Below the pieces are notes generated by a model. The model was not told where the DNA came from. It did no database searches and saw nothing but the letters and a program-made list of their open reading frames with translations. A stretch of 64,000 nucleotides of DNA, taken from Bacteroidota bacterium (lineage in GTDB: Bacteria; Bacteroidota; Bacteroidia; Chitinophagales; Chitinophagaceae). The DNA is taken from positions 339-64,338 of the forward strand of contig JANOYH010000332.1 in NCBI GenBank assembly GCA_031428775.1. The letters are read 5' to 3'. The position numbers and the translations under genes are program-made. How positions within the stretch are numbered: the first letter of the stretch is position 1; each line of letters starts with the position of its first letter. Below are positions 20,663 through 30,926 of the stretch, piece after piece.

Positions 20663-21750
20663 ACATTTTTTTTAATTACGCCATATTTGATCACTTTACC
20701 CCTTAGTAAACTGCCTAACAAACAACCTATTCGAATATATCTAGGCTATCATATAATACAGTTACTGCATTGAATTGCGTATTTAGAATCAATCCAACTA
20801 TTAGTCCAAATAAGAGAAATTTGATGCAAAAGCAGGCAAAAACCATCGCTAAAAACAAAATAATTATGTACAAGCATTTCTCAAAAAGAAGATAAATATG
20901 CATGCTGCAAGCGTCTATTTAATTATAGCAAACTCACCTGCCTTGTACTTGAAGAAATGGACTAAAGTTCATTTTTCTATCCATAACATATGCCAAATGA
21001 GGCAATATATCTACATCAATAAGAAAGAAAAATAACAGACTAATTTTACAAAGTGGAGATGGGTAAAATATATTCCATTAGCATCCGAAACGATAGTCTA
21101 AGAAATTTTATAGCCCGCCTAAACGAAAGAAAATCCTTTTGTAACTGACCTAATTTCAGTCAATTGGAAGCTGAGTAAAATTGTAAAGGTCTACAAAATA
21201 TTAACCCTAAATAGCCACGTACTTACTGCTGTGATTGCCTTTTATTGTATTCCTCCTATTGATAACACACTCATTATAAGTAACTTTTGAATGGAATTAG
21301 TTGTACTTAAACTGCATTAAGATCGTTCCCGATAAAATACCAGACCAGTTAATTTATGACAACCATCTATTAATAACTTCTTTACCAATGGATCTGGAAT
21401 TTATCCTGAAAACTGAATAAAACAGATGTCGTAATGCCTCACTTTAACTTAGGTTGCTACGAATATGCCATTTTAATAAAACTTATTAAGTGATATTCCG
21501 CAATATTCTAAGCAATGTTAATACTCCAAATATAATATTGAAATCTTAATTCAAGTTACCTATCGCTCAAACCCTTTTTTATATTTCTAGGTATTACAAA
21601 AGGCCAAATAACATTAAGTGCTAAATTTTCCTATTACTTGTTGAAAATTCAGGGATAGTTTAAATAAGCAATAATTCACTCGATCTAAATTCAGGAATTT
21701 TGAGTGAAATAAATAAAAAGTTGAATTATGCTTTTTTTGTTGAAATTTGT

Positions 21751-21764
21751 TACAACCGATTACA
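21751..21764. promoter_or_regulatory. Degenerate LacI-type operator TACAACCGATTACA
   Basis: 12/14 match to TGTAACCGATTACA at 30927; directly upstream of the LacI-like stub and the enzyme cluster. Confidence 0.5.
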
Positions 21765-21766
21765 TT

Positions 21767-21814
21767 ATGAAGATTAAACGAGATGTAACCATATATGAAA
21801 TAAGGGAAAATAAT
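21767..21814 (+). pseudogene. Stub of a LacI-family regulator (start of the HTH only)
   Basis: [16 protein letters not shown] versus EVTIYDIARELN (29855) and EVTIYDIADKL (41815); DNA gatgtaaccatatatgaaata---agggaa versus gaagtaaccatttacgatattgccagggaa. Confidence 0.5.
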
Positions 21815-21940
21815 TATTTCATGAAATACAGATGGTCAATTAGATGGTTTTTGAAACTAACAATAGCAGGCTATGTTTTCAGGATAACCAGATGTGCAAA
21901 AAATATTTCTGCTGAATACATTCCTTTTCAAGTAGTTAAA

Positions 21941-22111
21941 ATGCGAACAGTAATAGTATCTTTTTTGATTACCACTTGTTTTTCAACAAATTCAATTTCG
22001 GCTCAAACAAGTATCAGCCTTAATTTGAATACAGCTAAAGACACCATCAATAAAAATATCTATGGCCATTTTGCTGAGCATTTAGGACACTGTATTTATG
22101 GTGGCTTTTAG
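21941..22111 (+). pseudogene. Truncated GH51 alpha-L-arabinofuranosidase (signal peptide plus about 35 residues)
   Basis: [22 protein letters not shown] then the GH51 N-terminal motif [21 protein letters not shown], then TAG; no catalytic domain follows. Confidence 0.85.
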
Positions 22112-22166
22112 TGTTGCAGTACTTGAATTGAAATAGAATTACCAATTAACTGACTAAAGAATTTTT

Positions 22167-24131
22167 ATGAAGAAAAAAATAATTCTCTTACTATTAACTT
22201 TTTATCTATTTGCAATTTCAAATTTACAATTTGCTAATGCTCAAAAAAATACAATTAATAATACCAATTTTGAACAAGTAAATACCTATACAAATCCAAT
22301 TCTTCCTGGCGACCATCCCGACCCTACCCTATTAAAAGTTGGAAACGATTTTTATCATTGTGGCTCTTCATTTCATTTCAATCCCTATTTACCCATTTAC
22401 CATTCAACCGATTTAGTGCATTGGGAAATTATTGCAAGAGTAGTAACTCCATCAAAAGCTGCTTCTTTTGTGGCTGATCGTCCGTCAGGCGGCATCTGGC
22501 AAGGAGCCATCACTTATTTCTATGGTTCATATTGGATTTATTTTTCTTCTGGAGGTCAATGGTTTTGCAAAGCAGATAATCCAAAAGGTCCGTGGTCAGA
22601 TCCAGTAAAAGTTAAAGAGAATCCAGTAACTGGCCCTCTAGGTTATGATAATGCCATTTTTGTTGACGATGATGGCAAACCTTATATGGTCATTAAAAAC
22701 GGACAAAAAACCAATCGTTTACAAGCACTAGGAAAAGATGGACAATTAGCAGATACCGTAATTAATCTAGATTGGATCAATGCAAAATTGCAGTATAGCT
22801 GGGCTGAGGGTCCGGTGATGTGTAAAAGAAACGGTTACTATTTTTATTTACCCGCTGGAGATGTTTCTGGAGGGCAATATGTGCTTAGATCAAAAGAATT
22901 AACGAGTGATTCAACCAAATGGGAAAGGTTAGGTGATTTTTTTAAACCAATTACAGATCCAGATGCTGGCTTCCGTAGGCCCAATCATATTGCTGCTCCA
23001 TTGCAATTATCAGATGGTACCTGGTGGACGATTGGCCAGAGTTATGAAAAGTATGCAGCTGATGACTGGTCAGGCATGGGCCGTCAAACATCACTATACC
23101 CAGTAACATGGGAAGGCGATCGCCCTTGGGGTATGGCACCAACAACTCAACCAATCGAAAGACCGAATTTGCCCAATACGAATATTCTATGGAGAAATGT
23201 ACAAAGCGACTATTTTGATCATGAAATTCTTGGGATGCATTGGCATTTCTTAACAAGAAAAGCTGCAAATAATTATTCACTTACAGCAAGAAAAGGTTGG
23301 ATCAGATTAAATCCAGACAGCATTCGTACGCATATTGTACAAAAAGAAACAGATCATTTCTATTCGGCAATCACAAAGGTAGAAATCGATGCAAGAGATA
23401 CTTCCAATAAAGCTGGATTATATCTAACCAACGGTAATCAAAAAGTGATCGTTAAACTATATGCTGGTTTTGCAAATGGGAAAAAAATCATCTTTCAATT
23501 AGATTCTGCAATAAGGGTGTTTGATAATCCTGTTGGTAATATGGTATGGTTAAAAATTGAAAGAAATGCACATTTACTCTTTGCTTATTATAGTAAAGAT
23601 GGAAATAAATGGATCTCATTAGGTGCACCAATTAATTCCATTCATTTAGATAAAACACAACCAAATTATAATTCATGGGTGGGCACTAGTATCGGATTAT
23701 TTGCGGAAGGTAAGTCTGCAGATTTCGATGTATTTATTTGCAAGGACGCTTTCTCTACTATGGCTGCTGCTGGATTTTCTAATTACTATGGTATAAAAAA
23801 GCTTAAAAAAGATGCGGAAACATTTGTTACAAACACATCTTCAAATGGTGGATGGTTGATGTTCTCAGGTGTTGAATTAGGAAAGATTCCAGCTTCCTCT
23901 ATCGAAATAACAGCTTCTGCTATCGCAAAAGGAACAATAGAAGTTTGGATAGATGATTTAAAGTCAGGAAAATTAATAGCAACTATACCTATTGAAATTA
24001 CAGGAGAAAACAAATGGAAATCGTTTACCAGATCTATTAAAAGAATTACTGGACATCATGATGTCTTTATTAAATATAACAAAGGAAACGAAAGCAGTTT
24101 ATTGATTAAATGTTTTCGGTTCATAAAATAA
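22167..24131 (+). CDS. GH43 xylosidase/arabinofuranosidase with C-terminal beta-sandwich and CBM6-like module
   Basis: NPILPGDHPDP, YHSTDLVHW, WAEGP; tail WLMFSGVELG..IEVWIDD..G.HDVFIKY is CBM6-like; signal peptide. Confidence 0.9.
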   Translation: MKKKIILLLLTFYLFAISNLQFANAQKNTINNTNFEQVNTYTNPILPGDHPDPTLLKVGNDFYHCGSSFHFNPYLPIYHSTDLVHWEIIARVVTPSKAASFVADRPSGGIWQGAITYFYGSYWIYFSSGGQWFCKADNPKGPWSDPVKVKENPVTGPLGYDNAIFVDDDGKPYMVIKNGQKTNRLQALGKDGQLADTVINLDWINAKLQYSWAEGPVMCKRNGYYFYLPAGDVSGGQYVLRSKELTSDSTKWERLGDFFKPITDPDAGFRRPNHIAAPLQLSDGTWWTIGQSYEKYAADDWSGMGRQTSLYPVTWEGDRPWGMAPTTQPIERPNLPNTNILWRNVQSDYFDHEILGMHWHFLTRKAANNYSLTARKGWIRLNPDSIRTHIVQKETDHFYSAITKVEIDARDTSNKAGLYLTNGNQKVIVKLYAGFANGKKIIFQLDSAIRVFDNPVGNMVWLKIERNAHLLFAYYSKDGNKWISLGAPINSIHLDKTQPNYNSWVGTSIGLFAEGKSADFDVFICKDAFSTMAAAGFSNYYGIKKLKKDAETFVTNTSSNGGWLMFSGVELGKIPASSIEITASAIAKGTIEVWIDDLKSGKLIATIPIEITGENKWKSFTRSIKRITGHHDVFIKYNKGNESSLLIKCFRFIK

Positions 24132-24172
24132 AAACGAATACACTTTTTTTAGAATTGATTTAAAAGGTCACA

Positions 24173-25483
24173 ATGAAAAAATATCTATACTTAATAACTG
24201 TTTGCATTTTTATTTATTCTTGCAGCAAAGGAAAAGTTGGATCACCCACTCCAACTCCTACACCATTACCAGCACCTGTAACTCCCATTTCTGTTGCAGT
24301 TACGATTATACCTTCAACAACTTATCAAACTATTACTGGTTTTGGAGGTGCAAACCGTATGTGGGGAACTACATCTTTAAAACCTGCTGAAGCCCAAAAA
24401 GCCTTTGGTTTGGGGGATGGTGAATTAGGACTCAGCATTTTTAGGGTTAGATTATCCTCCAACCAAACTGAATGGCCCCTTATTCTTGAAGCGGTAAAAG
24501 AAGCAAATAAAAGAGGAGTAAAAGTTCTTGCCTCTCCATGGTCGCCCCCACCTTCTCTAAAAGACAATAACAGTGATGTTCGAGGCCACCTATTATCGCA
24601 GAATTATGTAGCATATAAAAATTACATGAATGATTTTGTCAGCTACATGTCCACCAATGGCGCTAAAATAGATGTTGTATCTATTCAAAACGAACCAGAC
24701 TGGAAGCCAACTTATGAATCCTGTGATTGGACGGCAGATGATATGATCAATTTCTTAAACGCTCCTGGTACGATCTCTAACGTTCAAGTGGCAGCTCCGG
24801 AGTCATTAAACTTCAATCAAAATTTTACGAATACTATTTTAATGAACGATCAAGCGGCATCAAAACTTAGTATTGTAGCTGGTCATATCTATGGAGGTGG
24901 CATTGCAAAATTTCCATTGGCAGAACAAAAGAATAAAGAGATATGGATGACCGAATATTTAATGAATTTAAATACTGGAAATGCTGGTGCTCCAAAATGG
25001 AGTACTTATTCTGAATCTGATAAATGGGATGAAAGCCTTAAAATGCTTGGGTCAATTCAAGAAGTACTATCCAATAATTGGAATGCATATATATGGTGGT
25101 ATTTACAAAGGTATTATTCATTTATTGGCGATGGAGAAGAAGGATCAACTAATGGAGAAGTCTTAAAAAGAGGGTATGCCTTTTCACATTTTTCTAAATT
25201 TATACGACCAGGTTATGTTAGAATCAATGCTGATTATACTGCAAACACATCACTTAAAGTTTTGGCATTTAAAAAAGATACTCAAACAGTAATTGTTATT
25301 ATAAATACCGATCCTTCTATAACCTACAACACTGTAATTAACGGACTACTCATTTCTTCTGGCAGCTCCTATACCACATCCTTGTCTATTAATTTATCGA
25401 AAAAAACACTAACTATCACAAACAATAAAACAACAATAGAAATACCTGAAAAAAGTGTAACAACATTAGTTCTCAATAATTAG
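24173..25483 (+). CDS. GH30 (subfamily 8-like) glucuronoxylan endo-xylanase, lipoprotein
   Basis: Lipobox IYSC, Pro/Thr linker, TITGFGG, LASPWSPP, SIQNEPD (acid/base), WMTEY (nucleophile), YIWWY, HFSKFIRPGYVRI. Confidence 0.88.
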   Translation: MKKYLYLITVCIFIYSCSKGKVGSPTPTPTPLPAPVTPISVAVTIIPSTTYQTITGFGGANRMWGTTSLKPAEAQKAFGLGDGELGLSIFRVRLSSNQTEWPLILEAVKEANKRGVKVLASPWSPPPSLKDNNSDVRGHLLSQNYVAYKNYMNDFVSYMSTNGAKIDVVSIQNEPDWKPTYESCDWTADDMINFLNAPGTISNVQVAAPESLNFNQNFTNTILMNDQAASKLSIVAGHIYGGGIAKFPLAEQKNKEIWMTEYLMNLNTGNAGAPKWSTYSESDKWDESLKMLGSIQEVLSNNWNAYIWWYLQRYYSFIGDGEEGSTNGEVLKRGYAFSHFSKFIRPGYVRINADYTANTSLKVLAFKKDTQTVIVIINTDPSITYNTVINGLLISSGSSYTTSLSINLSKKTLTITNNKTTIEIPEKSVTTLVLNN

Positions 25484-25560
25484 AATTCATAGGAAACAAT
25501 ATTAAATAAATTTCAATTAAAATAAATAATACATACGATTACCATTAATTTATTTAAGAA

Positions 25561-27987
25561 ATGTTTATCAGAAAAAAAATAGTAAATCAACACTTTTATG
25601 GGGGTACGCTCTTATTGGTATGCCTATTTGGGGTATTTGGAAAACTGTATGCGCAAGAAAAATTATGCACTAATGAATTCCCCTTGTCTGATGTTACCCT
25701 ATTGGATGGTCCATTTAAACACGCACGGGATCTAAATATCAGAACAGTTTTGAAATATGACATTGACCGTTTGCTAGCAGGTTATAGAAAAGAAGCAGGA
25801 CTTACCCCTAAAGGAAAGATTTACGCTAATTGGGATGGATTGGATGGTCATATTGGAGGCCACTATTTATCAGCCTTGGCAATGAACTATGCTGCCACAA
25901 CCAACCCAGAATGCAAAAAACGTTTGCTCTATATGCTTTCTGAATTAAAAGCTTGCCAAGATGCTAATACGCGCAATAACCCCGATTGGGGCAAAGGATA
26001 TGTTGGTGCGGTACCAAATGGCCAGAAGATATGGAGCACATTGCAGATAGCCGATTTTAATGCCTTTAAAGCTGCTTGGGTGCCATGGTACAATGTTCAT
26101 AAAATGTATGCTGGGTTAAGAGATGCTTGGTCTTATACTGGAAATGAAGATGCTAAACTACTATTCCTGAAATTTTGTAATTGGGGAATCAATATTACAG
26201 CCGCACTAACAGATAAACAAATGCAATCGATGTTAGATACGGAACAAGGGGGCATGAATGAAATATTTGCGGATGCCTATCAAATTACGCATGATGAAAA
26301 ATACCTGCAAGCAGCAAAAAGGTTTTCACATAGAATGTTGTTGGATGCGATGTCGGCAGAAAATGATAACCTAGATAATAAACACGCCAATACGCAGGTT
26401 CCAAAAGCCATTGGGTTTGAACGGATAGCCGAAGTTGCAAACGACCAATTGTACGAGAAAGCAGGAAGCTTTTTTTGGCAAACAGTTACCACAAATCGCT
26501 CACTTGCTTTTGGAGGAAACAGTAGAAGGGAATTTTTCCCGAGTATTAGTTCCAATAATGATTTTATAAATGATGTGGAAGGGCCAGAATCATGTAACTC
26601 TTATAACATGCTAAAACTGACAGAGGACCTATTCAGGATGCATCCTCAGGCAAAATATGCGGATTATTATGAAAGAACATTATTCAATCATATATTATCA
26701 ACACAACATCCGGAACATGGAGGTTATGTATATTTCACACCCGCACGTCCCAATCATTATAGAGTGTATTCAGCACCCAATCAGGGCATGTGGTGTTGTG
26801 TAGGAAGTGGCATGGAAAATCATGGAAAATACAATCAATTCATATATACCCATCAACACGATTCTTTATTTGTTAATCTTTTTATTGCATCTACCCTAAA
26901 TTGGAAAGAAAAAAGAATACAATTCAAGCAGGAAACAACATTCCCAAATGAAGAGCAATCAAAAATTTCAGTAGTATCAGGTGCTGCGCGTTTTACATTA
27001 ATGATCCGTAATCCATATTGGGTAAAAGAAGGAACCTTCAAAATAACTGTAAATGGCAAAATTATAACGCAGGTTTCGTCTCCCTCCTCTTATATAGCTA
27101 TTGAAAGATTTTGGAAAAAGGGGGATCAAATTCAAGTTTCACTTCCAATGACTAATACGGTTGTACAACTTCCAAATGTATCAAATTATATTGCATTTAT
27201 GTATGGCCCTATTTTATTGGGAGCTAAAACAAATAATGAAGACCTTATAGGCCTCATTGCAGATGATAGTCGTTGGGCACATATTGCAGGAGGAAAAAAA
27301 TTGCCCCTCCAGCAAACTCCCATTATTATTGATGATAGTTTGTTGTCTTTATCTGGAAAAATTAAACCCCTTGTAGGTAAGCCTCTGAATTTTACTTTCC
27401 AACAAGTAAAATTGATCAATGCTCAAGACCTTTTATTACAGCCTTTTTATACCATTCACGATTCCAGATATATGATGTATTGGATGACTTTAACCAAAAA
27501 TCAACATCAAGCTTATATAGATTCAATATCAGTAAAAGAAAAGAATGATCTTGCTCTTCAAAAAAGAACTATCGATTTTGTTGCACCAGGTGAACAACAA
27601 CCAGAGGCAGATCATTTAATCCAAAAACTAAATTCAAATACAGGAAATTTTCTCGATGCGTTCTGGCGTGACGCAAGAAATGGTGGTTATTTCAGCTATC
27701 AACTTAATACGAAACAGGAAACTAATTGTAGCCTTCTGGTTAGGTATTGGGGAAATGAAAAAGGAAATAGACAGTTTGAGATTTATATTGACGATCAAAA
27801 ATTGATTACAGAAAATATTTCCGACAAATGGAAGGATCAGCAATTTCATGATGTTGAATATGTAATTCCAAATTCTTTGATCAATCAAAAGACGCAAATT
27901 AATATTAAAATTCAGTCTTTGCCTCAAAGTATTGCTGGTGGTATTTATTACATCAGATTGATTAAAAAGAATGTAGCAACTGATTAA
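25561..27987 (+). CDS. GH127/GH146 beta-L-arabinofuranosidase-like protein
   Basis: GLDGHIGGHYLSAL, EQGGMNE, HANTQVPK, ESCNSYNMLKL, YYERTLFNHIL, WCCVGSGMENH. Confidence 0.9.
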   Translation: MFIRKKIVNQHFYGGTLLLVCLFGVFGKLYAQEKLCTNEFPLSDVTLLDGPFKHARDLNIRTVLKYDIDRLLAGYRKEAGLTPKGKIYANWDGLDGHIGGHYLSALAMNYAATTNPECKKRLLYMLSELKACQDANTRNNPDWGKGYVGAVPNGQKIWSTLQIADFNAFKAAWVPWYNVHKMYAGLRDAWSYTGNEDAKLLFLKFCNWGINITAALTDKQMQSMLDTEQGGMNEIFADAYQITHDEKYLQAAKRFSHRMLLDAMSAENDNLDNKHANTQVPKAIGFERIAEVANDQLYEKAGSFFWQTVTTNRSLAFGGNSRREFFPSISSNNDFINDVEGPESCNSYNMLKLTEDLFRMHPQAKYADYYERTLFNHILSTQHPEHGGYVYFTPARPNHYRVYSAPNQGMWCCVGSGMENHGKYNQFIYTHQHDSLFVNLFIASTLNWKEKRIQFKQETTFPNEEQSKISVVSGAARFTLMIRNPYWVKEGTFKITVNGKIITQVSSPSSYIAIERFWKKGDQIQVSLPMTNTVVQLPNVSNYIAFMYGPILLGAKTNNEDLIGLIADDSRWAHIAGGKKLPLQQTPIIIDDSLLSLSGKIKPLVGKPLNFTFQQVKLINAQDLLLQPFYTIHDSRYMMYWMTLTKNQHQAYIDSISVKEKNDLALQKRTIDFVAPGEQQPEADHLIQKLNSNTGNFLDAFWRDARNGGYFSYQLNTKQETNCSLLVRYWGNEKGNRQFEIYIDDQKLITENISDKWKDQQFHDVEYVIPNSLINQKTQINIKIQSLPQSIAGGIYYIRLIKKNVATD

Positions 27988-28039
27988 CCAAAATGAAAGG
28001 CATTAAAAAAATATTGATCAATAAAATAAAATATAAAAT

Positions 28040-29626
28040 ATGCAGCTAAAGAACATACACAAAGGGCTCATCCTCTTGATGACATTGTTTTGGTTAGGCA
28101 CAATAGTTGCTCAAGAAAATTTTAAAGCTAAAAACCCGATCATTTATGGGGATGTACCTGACATGTCAATGGTTCGTGTGGGTGATACCTATTACATGAG
28201 TAGTACCACCATGCATATGAGCCCAGGTGTGCCTATTATGAAATCGAAAGACCTCGTCAATTGGCAGCTCATCAATTATGCATATGATACATTAGCAAAT
28301 ATGGATGCCATGAATCTAATTAATGGTAAAAGTACCTATGGAAGAGGTTCATGGGCCAGTTGTATCCGTTATCATAACGGAACATTTTATGTGAGCACAT
28401 TTGCGCAAACAACAGGGACCACTTATATCTATTCTACAAAAGATATAGAGAAAGGACCTTGGAAAAGAAATGCATTTAAACCAGCCTATCACGATCACTC
28501 CTTGTTTTTTGATGATGATGGAAAAGTGTATTTAATATACGGTAACGGCAAACTAAATCTGATTGAATTAAAGGAAGATCTTTCAGGCGTGAAAGAAGGT
28601 GGCATTAATCAAGTTGCGATAGAAAATGCAAGTATACCGAGTTTGCCTGAAGGAAAAAAAGGCGGCCTAGGTGCAGAGGGTTCTCAACTTTATAAAATAA
28701 ATGGTAAATATTTTTTGTTCAATATTACATGGCCTCCTGGTGGAATGCGCACGGTTGTAATACACAGATCAGCTAAAATCACTGGCCCTTGGATTGGAAA
28801 AATTGGTTTACAAGATTTAGGAGTTGCACAAGGGGGATTAATAGATATGATTGATGGCACATGGAATGCTTATCTATTTCGTGATTATGGTTCAGTTGGT
28901 AGAATCCCTTATTTGGTTCCAGTTAAATGGGAAGATGGTTGGCCAGTATTAGGAATAAATGGTAAAGTTCCTGAAACACTTAACTTACCTGCTAGTAAAG
29001 GTTTGATTCCTGGCATTGTAAACTCCGATGAATTTAATAGAAAAAAAGGCGACCCAACCCTGCCCCTCGTATGGCAATGGAATCATAATCCTGATAATAA
29101 TTTATGGTCTATTACAGAACGTAAAGGCTTTTTAAGACTCAAAACAGGACGGATCGATACCTTGTTTTTGAAATCAAAAAACACATTAACACAACGCACG
29201 ATTGGTCCTGTTTGCACTGGCACTACTTTTATTGATGTTTCTCATTTAAAAGAAGGTGATTTTACAGGCCTATGTGTTTTGCAAAGGAAATTTGGACAAG
29301 TAGGTGTAAAGATAATGAATGGATCCAAATATTTATTCATGGTAAGTGCCGAAAGCAATACGCCAGTTGAGTTGCAAAGTATCCCTCTTAATCAAAATAA
29401 TGTGTACTTAAAGATTGAATGCGATTTTAGAAATAAAATTGATCTAGCACATTTTTATTATAGCTATGATGGAAAACTGTGGACTGAAATTGGTAGCCAA
29501 TTAAAAATGGAATATACTTTGATGGAACATTTCATGGGCTATCGATTTGGGCTTTTCAACTACGCATCAAAAATACCTGGTGGATATGCAGATTTTGACT
29601 ATTTCCACATTTCAGATAAAATTTGA
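28040..29626 (+). CDS. GH43 beta-xylosidase/alpha-L-arabinofuranosidase with C-terminal beta-sandwich
   Basis: NPIIYGDVPD, SKDLVNW, GSWAS, YHDHSLFFDDDG, AEGSQLYK, WQWNHNP, FMGYRFGLF. Confidence 0.92.
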   Translation: MQLKNIHKGLILLMTLFWLGTIVAQENFKAKNPIIYGDVPDMSMVRVGDTYYMSSTTMHMSPGVPIMKSKDLVNWQLINYAYDTLANMDAMNLINGKSTYGRGSWASCIRYHNGTFYVSTFAQTTGTTYIYSTKDIEKGPWKRNAFKPAYHDHSLFFDDDGKVYLIYGNGKLNLIELKEDLSGVKEGGINQVAIENASIPSLPEGKKGGLGAEGSQLYKINGKYFLFNITWPPGGMRTVVIHRSAKITGPWIGKIGLQDLGVAQGGLIDMIDGTWNAYLFRDYGSVGRIPYLVPVKWEDGWPVLGINGKVPETLNLPASKGLIPGIVNSDEFNRKKGDPTLPLVWQWNHNPDNNLWSITERKGFLRLKTGRIDTLFLKSKNTLTQRTIGPVCTGTTFIDVSHLKEGDFTGLCVLQRKFGQVGVKIMNGSKYLFMVSAESNTPVELQSIPLNQNNVYLKIECDFRNKIDLAHFYYSYDGKLWTEIGSQLKMEYTLMEHFMGYRFGLFNYASKIPGGYADFDYFHISDKI

Positions 29627-29668
29627 AACAAATCAACAGAACCTATTTATAGTTTCAAATAGGGACAA

Positions 29669-29696
29669 AAAAGTAGCTGTAGATTGGCTACGTTTT
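29669..29696 (+). terminator. Probable terminator after GH43
   Basis: AAAAGTAGC-tgtagattg-GCTACGTTTT hairpin. Confidence 0.4.
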
Positions 29697-29775
29697 GAAT
29701 GAATTTCGCTACACAACCAAATTCGTATACGCAGTCAAAGTCTGGCATTTCAAATAATTATATTATTTAATACAA

Positions 29776-29789
29776 TGTAACCGTTTACA
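29776..29789. promoter_or_regulatory. LacI-type operator TGTAACCGTTTACA upstream of lacI-1
   Basis: Palindrome; a Bacteroidota -7 element TATTTTTG lies at 29808-29815, so the site overlaps the expected -33 region. Confidence 0.78.
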
Positions 29790-29854
29790 TTTATTTTTCT
29801 AAAACATTATTTTTGTTAGCTTTACAACATATCTTAATGAATGTATACGATTGT

Positions 29855-30880
29855 ATGGTAAAAGAAGTAACCATTTACGATATTGCCAGGGAATTAAACT
29901 GCTCTATTGCAACAGTTAGTAGAGCCTTACAAAATGACCCGGTAGTTAGTGCCAAAACCAAGAAGAGGATATTAGACCTTGCTGAAAAGAAAGGATATCG
30001 TTCCAACTATTTTGCTAGTAGCCTTAGAAAAAGAAAAACCCATACTATTGGGGTAATGATGCACGAACTGAATTCCTATTTTATGGTCTCGGTGCTTTCA
30101 GGCATAGAAAAGGTATTATCAGAAACCAACTACGACATTATTATTGCTCACTCAGGAGAGTCGGGTAAAAAAGAAGTGGCCAATGCCAATAACTTATTTC
30201 ACAAACGGGTAGATGGTTTAATAGCCTCGCTTGCCTACGACACTCCTAACCTCGCCCATTTTGACCAATTCACAGAAAAAAATATCCCCATAATTTTCTT
30301 TGACCGCGTTGAAGAAAATAGTACCGGCACCAAAGTGATCATTAATAATCAAAAGGCCGGTTACGAAGCCACGCAACACTTGATAGACCAAGGATGTAAA
30401 AGAATTGTTCATATGACAGGCTTCCTAACAAGAAACGTTTACTTCTATCGCATGGAAGGCTATAAAGCGGCCTTGAAGGACAATAATATGAAGTTTAAAG
30501 AAAGCTATCTGTTTGTCAATGACCTCCAAAAGAAAGCTTGTGTGGAAACTGCTAAACTCATCGCTAAAATGAAACCTTTACCCGACGGAATATTCATAAC
30601 CAATGATATTTCTGCCGCCATTGTAATGCAAACACTTAAAGAATTGGGGATTAAAGTACCAGACGATATTGCAATTGTAGGATTTAATAATGATATAGTA
30701 AGTACCATTGTTGAACCCAAATTAACAACCATTGATTACCCTGGTTTTAATATGGGAGAAGTTGCTGCAAGGAATCTGATTAATCACCTAAATGGTAATG
30801 GCGACATTAAACTGACTAGCTCCATAGTGATCAAATCAGAATTATTAGTGCGGGGATCTTCACTTAAATTAAACAACTAA
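29855..30880 (+). CDS. LacI family transcriptional regulator (lacI-1)
   Basis: VTIYDIARELNCSIATVSRAL HTH, N..A.SLR hinge, VDGLI, PDGIF, VPDDIAIVGF, LTTI. ATG 29855 preferred over the track start 29813. Confidence 0.95.
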   Translation: MVKEVTIYDIARELNCSIATVSRALQNDPVVSAKTKKRILDLAEKKGYRSNYFASSLRKRKTHTIGVMMHELNSYFMVSVLSGIEKVLSETNYDIIIAHSGESGKKEVANANNLFHKRVDGLIASLAYDTPNLAHFDQFTEKNIPIIFFDRVEENSTGTKVIINNQKAGYEATQHLIDQGCKRIVHMTGFLTRNVYFYRMEGYKAALKDNNMKFKESYLFVNDLQKKACVETAKLIAKMKPLPDGIFITNDISAAIVMQTLKELGIKVPDDIAIVGFNNDIVSTIVEPKLTTIDYPGFNMGEVAARNLINHLNGNGDIKLTSSIVIKSELLVRGSSLKLNN

Positions 30881-30926
30881 AATTTAAGAATATAAATAAA
30901 ATAAGGTCAGAAAATCACCTCATCAA

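Noticed and set aside
21728-22111. The 127-aa track ORF as one real protein
   Set aside because: It is an in-frame join of a LacI-like stub, unrelated filler and a GH51 N-terminus with its own ATG and signal peptide
29752-29768. Palindrome AAATAAT-tat-ATTATTT as an ROK-type site
   Set aside because: A/T-only in a very AT-rich spacer and not repeated at the ROK-linked promoter (9962-10129)
29866-29879. Auxiliary operator AGTAACCATTTACG inside lacI-1 (similar at 41832)
   Set aside because: 11/14 match but lacks the central CG and is explained by the conserved EVTIYD codons
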